64,000 nucleotides of DNA from Xylographa opegraphella. Its lineage: Eukaryota. Position 1 is the stretch's first letter. Every line of letters begins with the position of its first letter. Of this stretch, positions 60,524 to 64,000 are shown one piece after another. Both the position numbers and the translations under genes were made by a program. The notes under the pieces were generated by a model. It saw only the letters and a program-made list of their open reading frames with translations, did no database searches and was not told the origin of the DNA. The stretch covers positions 372,001 to 436,000 of the forward strand of contig JALDZX010000011.1 of assembly GCA_022813865.1 (NCBI GenBank), given 5' to 3'.

Positions 60524-63274
60524 TTAGGATCCAGATTGCGGTTGATCATCTTGCTCACTTGTGGACGCTGTGAATTCATCCAAGGATCCGTTAGCACCAG
60601 TAATAGCAGGGCTACTAGCTGTTCGTCGAAGTCCAACTTCTTCTGCGGCCGCCTCGTCCGTGTGCAGTGTTTGGATTGGAATCTTCTCGTTGTCATAGCT
60701 GTCAGATAATGGAGTGGGCGACCTGTACTCAGCTTCCGAGCTCTTAGCAACACCTCCATCTAATGTGGATTGGTTTGATGGGCTTCGCATATGATTGACT
60801 GTTCTTGAGAAAAACCCGTAACGTGAACCGGGCCGTGATGGCGTAGCCGGTGGACTGTCAAGATTTAGGTAGCGAGCGAAGCCAGTGGATGGTCTTGTGA
60901 CCATGTTGTGCACAGCCGTAGGCAATTCAAGATAGGCAGCATTGGGCGTTGTAAGTCTTGGAGAGAAGATTGCAAGTCCGAGGCACAAAAGAATCAGTAC
61001 GAACAGGAGGATAACTATTCTTTTCTGGAAGAGTATCTCGTCTGCCAGAATGGTAAGACGAGCACTGAGAACAATGATCTCGCGTTGCGACTGCTCACGC
61101 TGCGAAGAGAGCTCAAGTACGGTGGACTGCCATATCTGGTCATATTGAAGACGGAATTCACGAAGCTCACTAAATACGGTAGTATTGAGAGTTTCGAGGA
61201 AAGTAGCCGTCTTGGCAAGTTGCCGTCGTTCAACTTTTGAAAATGCTTCTCGTAGTATTCGTGACTGTTCCTCTATATACTGAAGTGATAAGGTAGAATT
61301 GGCCTCGAGTAGCTGTAGCCGCTTGTGTATTGATCTAAAAAACGATTCTTGAGTACTTGGTGTCGGAACTGGAGGCTGATTTGATACCCTGGTAGCTAAA
61401 TAAGATGTTTGATTACTCTGAGTCTTTGCCACCGCAGGAGTTCCGGGAGAATTGGTTACATTCTGAACAAAGCTGACCTTTGGTTCGGAAGACACATGAG
61501 AGCTTTGCTGGATTGTTCTTGTTTTTGATGCATTCCCAGGAGATAGGCGAGTAGTATTGCTATTCACGTTACTCTCTGATTGTTCTGGAAGAGTAATTTG
61601 TGAAATAGAGTGGTTTGCGACTGAGATTTTGGGGATCCGTGGAGGTTGCAGTCTACTCGAGACCGGTAATCGTTGGACAGAGTCCATATTACAGTAATGG
61701 CTGTTGAAATAACAGCGATTGACCAGAAGTTCGTGCTGCTGTATCAACGGACCGTAGTGCGTGGTTCGTAACGATATGCTGTTCATGGACTGAACGGTTG
61801 CAGTTTGCACGCTGCCCACAGAAGACGTTATTGTAAAGGTCTGAGGTACGGTACTTTCCGCCGCCTCCGAAGTATCACTTCCGTTGATTCTTTTTGTTTC
61901 TGAAACAGTGATGGTCTTGCCCTCTGTTACGGGTGCCGGTAACAGAACCTCGACCGGGATGTCGCTGTTTGTTTCGATACCAATCTCGATAATATCATCA
62001 TCCAAGTCCTCTTCACCCCTCGCAGCTTTCACTTCATTCCTGTAGTCATCCATCATGGTCTTGCCATGAATGCGTAAGAGACTGACTGGACAATAATATT
62101 CGTTGCCGTAATGGGTCAAGAACTCGATTCGTAAATATCGAGACCAAATGAGTGGATTCTCTACCATAAAAGCTTGCACATCTCGTGAATTTCTAGCTTC
62201 AAATGTGCCGAGCTCCCGCCACTTCTCCATCTTCACTGGATATCTATCGGAAACACTGACACGAAACGTCCTAAACGTTGAGCTGAAAAACTCAAAATTC
62301 CCTAGTACGACGGTATCAATCAGAATGTCGTTGCACAATTCCACAATGAAATATTTGTTCTTCGCCGAACACAGATTGAGCATATAGCTATCCTTGTTCT
62401 CGACAAGTACAGAGGTAGATCCTTTGCATTCCGGGTTCGTCTTCAGAACCGTAGCAGCGCAATCAAAAGATGCATAATTGAAACGCTCTTTGCACGTTGT
62501 ACCAGCATCTTTGCTTCTCTTATCAGAATCTTTTTTCACCCCTACATCATTGTTTTGGTCCACCTCGATGCTGGCCGAGCCATGTGTGGTGGTCGATGAA
62601 GCACCAGGAACAGTATCGGATGATACGAAGCCACTAAAGTCGAGCTCGATTTCGGCATCTTCCCCTAGTGAGTCCAACGCATCGTTTATGTTACCCGGCC
62701 GTCGCCGTGACTCTGTGCCAACCTTATTGCTTCCTAGGTGTTCAGGATTCTGCCCGGCCTTGCTCAGCATTTGAGACTTCCATTCTTCGAATGACAAAAA
62801 GTTCGCATTGTCTGATAAGGGATCGCCCTCGACATCCACAACCGTTCCCGATGAGGTTGTTGAAGCCTCCGGCGTCTGCGAAGTACTCAAAGTATCTGGC
62901 AAAGGTACCGAGGCTCCTGTGACAGCAGTAATAATCGTATCGGTAGTGGCTAGCTGTTTCTCATTATTTGTGGGCTCAGTCTTGGTCGATCGTTCATTAC
63001 TAGATTTCTGAATGGGTCTGTAGTCGGAAGCAGTTATGGAAAGCGCCGAAGCAGTTGTAGTAGAGGTGGTTTCGCTTGCCCAGCTCGTTCTAAGGCACTG
63101 CTGTGGCAAAGTTTGTGTGATATAGTTGATTGTGCGAAAGGGGCATGTTGAAGCATTAGGGGTAGTTGATACAGACGAAGTTCTTGATGTTGTACTACCA
63201 AGCAATAGTGAGAGACATAGTATATAGTACGTTAGAATGCTACTTGCTCGAGATATTAGTACAGGCCTGCGCAT
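60524..63274 (-). CDS. SLP1: Mid-SUN-domain ER membrane protein (Slp1/SUCO)
   Basis: FLSFEEWK, KERFNYASFDCAATV, HYGNEYYCPVSLLRIHG, QESFFRSIHKRLQLLEANSTLSLQYIEEQS and a C-terminal TM segment. Confidence 0.92.
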   Translation of the reverse strand: MRRPVLISRASSILTYYILCLSLLLGSTTSRTSSVSTTPNASTCPFRTINYITQTLPQQCLRTSWASETTSTTTASALSITASDYRPIQKSSNERSTKTEPTNNEKQLATTDTIITAVTGASVPLPDTLSTSQTPEASTTSSGTVVDVEGDPLSDNANFLSFEEWKSQMLSKAGQNPEHLGSNKVGTESRRRPGNINDALDSLGEDAEIELDFSGFVSSDTVPGASSTTTHGSASIEVDQNNDVGVKKDSDKRSKDAGTTCKERFNYASFDCAATVLKTNPECKGSTSVLVENKDSYMLNLCSAKNKYFIVELCNDILIDTVVLGNFEFFSSTFRTFRVSVSDRYPVKMEKWRELGTFEARNSRDVQAFMVENPLIWSRYLRIEFLTHYGNEYYCPVSLLRIHGKTMMDDYRNEVKAARGEEDLDDDIIEIGIETNSDIPVEVLLPAPVTEGKTITVSETKRINGSDTSEAAESTVPQTFTITSSVGSVQTATVQSMNSISLRTTHYGPLIQQHELLVNRCYFNSHYCNMDSVQRLPVSSRLQPPRIPKISVANHSISQITLPEQSESNVNSNTTRLSPGNASKTRTIQQSSHVSSEPKVSFVQNVTNSPGTPAVAKTQSNQTSYLATRVSNQPPVPTPSTQESFFRSIHKRLQLLEANSTLSLQYIEEQSRILREAFSKVERRQLAKTATFLETLNTTVFSELREFRLQYDQIWQSTVLELSSQREQSQREIIVLSARLTILADEILFQKRIVILLFVLILLCLGLAIFSPRLTTPNAAYLELPTAVHNMVTRPSTGFARYLNLDSPPATPSRPGSRYGFFSRTVNHMRSPSNQSTLDGGVAKSSEAEYRSPTPLSDSYDNEKIPIQTLHTDEAAAEEVGLRRTASSPAITGANGSLDEFTASTSEQDDQPQSGS

Positions 63275-63624
63275 CCTTCATATTTGAGCGACCGGCATCA
63301 CATCTGCTGGACGTATTCGGCGCACGCTCGAAATCGGAGAAGAACACCGTTGTTGTTTGGAGAAGCCACTTTCCAGCCAATCATTGATGATCCTATCACG
63401 AACCAGTGACCACCCTACCTTAGCTAGCGACGGGACTTAGCTTCTCGGGTGTGGACAATCTTGGCTGCGGATGACGCTTCGACAGGGATCATTATCAATC
63501 TTCGGTTTCTCTCTATACGAAGTATCTTGACTCATTGGACTCTTCGTAATACTGTAAGTTTGCGATTACACCAGGATCGATTTTGATTAGAAGACGATAA
63601 ATTAATCAACAAGCGACGTTCGGA

Positions 63625-64000
63625 ATGGTGCTCGCAAAGTCTAAGAATGCGGTCGGGCTGGGTAATAGTCTCATGAATGACCGTTTCGGTAGAGGGAAAG
63701 GTGCAGACCGGAAGAAGGTCTCTGCAGGTATCCATAGAACTGGAGTTGGCGGCGAAACCGTGAGGAGAACGTGCTTCCATTCCAGTGACTCTAATTGCTA
63801 ATAATTCAAGTATGTTACAAACGCCCCGAAGGAAGCTTCGTGGGTCAAAATGCGGAGTGTCACCGAGCAGGGCGCGCTTGATGAGTTCCTTAGCACTGCA
63901 GAACTGGCTGGGACGGACTTCACGGCGGAGAAATTGAATAATGTAAAAATAATACATACCGACCAGCGCAATCCCTACCTGCTATCCGCCCAAGAGGAAA
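63625..64000 (+). CDS. LSG1: Large-subunit GTPase Lsg1 (3'-partial)
   Basis: Not in the ORF track. MVLAKSKNAVGLGNSLMNDRFG...WVKMRSVTEQGALDEFLSTAELAGTDFTAEK. Confidence 0.92.

Overview
A gene-dense, intron-containing stretch of a filamentous ascomycete (Pezizomycotina) chromosome, with GT-AG introns, CTRAC-type branch points and one 48-N gap. It carries about 27 protein-coding genes. The conserved housekeeping genes are CNB1, EPL1, a SET-domain lysine methyltransferase, KAE1, the Snf1 beta subunit, BUD31, complex I B14/NDUFA6, RPC19, ADO1, an Est1/Ebs1-like gene, a ZNF511-like gene, a KSP1-like kinase, SPO12-like, a peroxisomal acyl-CoA dehydrogenase, VPS18, a Ybt1-like ABCC transporter, SLP1 and LSG1. 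The others are a Pca1-like P1B ATPase, a LaeA-like methyltransferase, secreted proteins and orphans. I found no rRNA, tRNA, CRISPR array, intact transposon or secondary-metabolite backbone gene. The most notable signals are: (1) calcineurin B has no in-frame AUG and appears to start at a GUG in strong Kozak context; (2) the KSP1 upstream region is AUG-depleted and has a GCN4/cpc-1-like uORF layout; (3) a frameshifted relic of the Pca1 Cys-rich N-terminal region lies upstream of an intact ATPase core; (4) C-rich-to-G-rich skew switches recur regardless of gene orientation; (5) there is a perfect (G5ATGA4)x10 minisatellite. All exon boundaries were read by eye and family assignments come from recalled motifs, not database searches.
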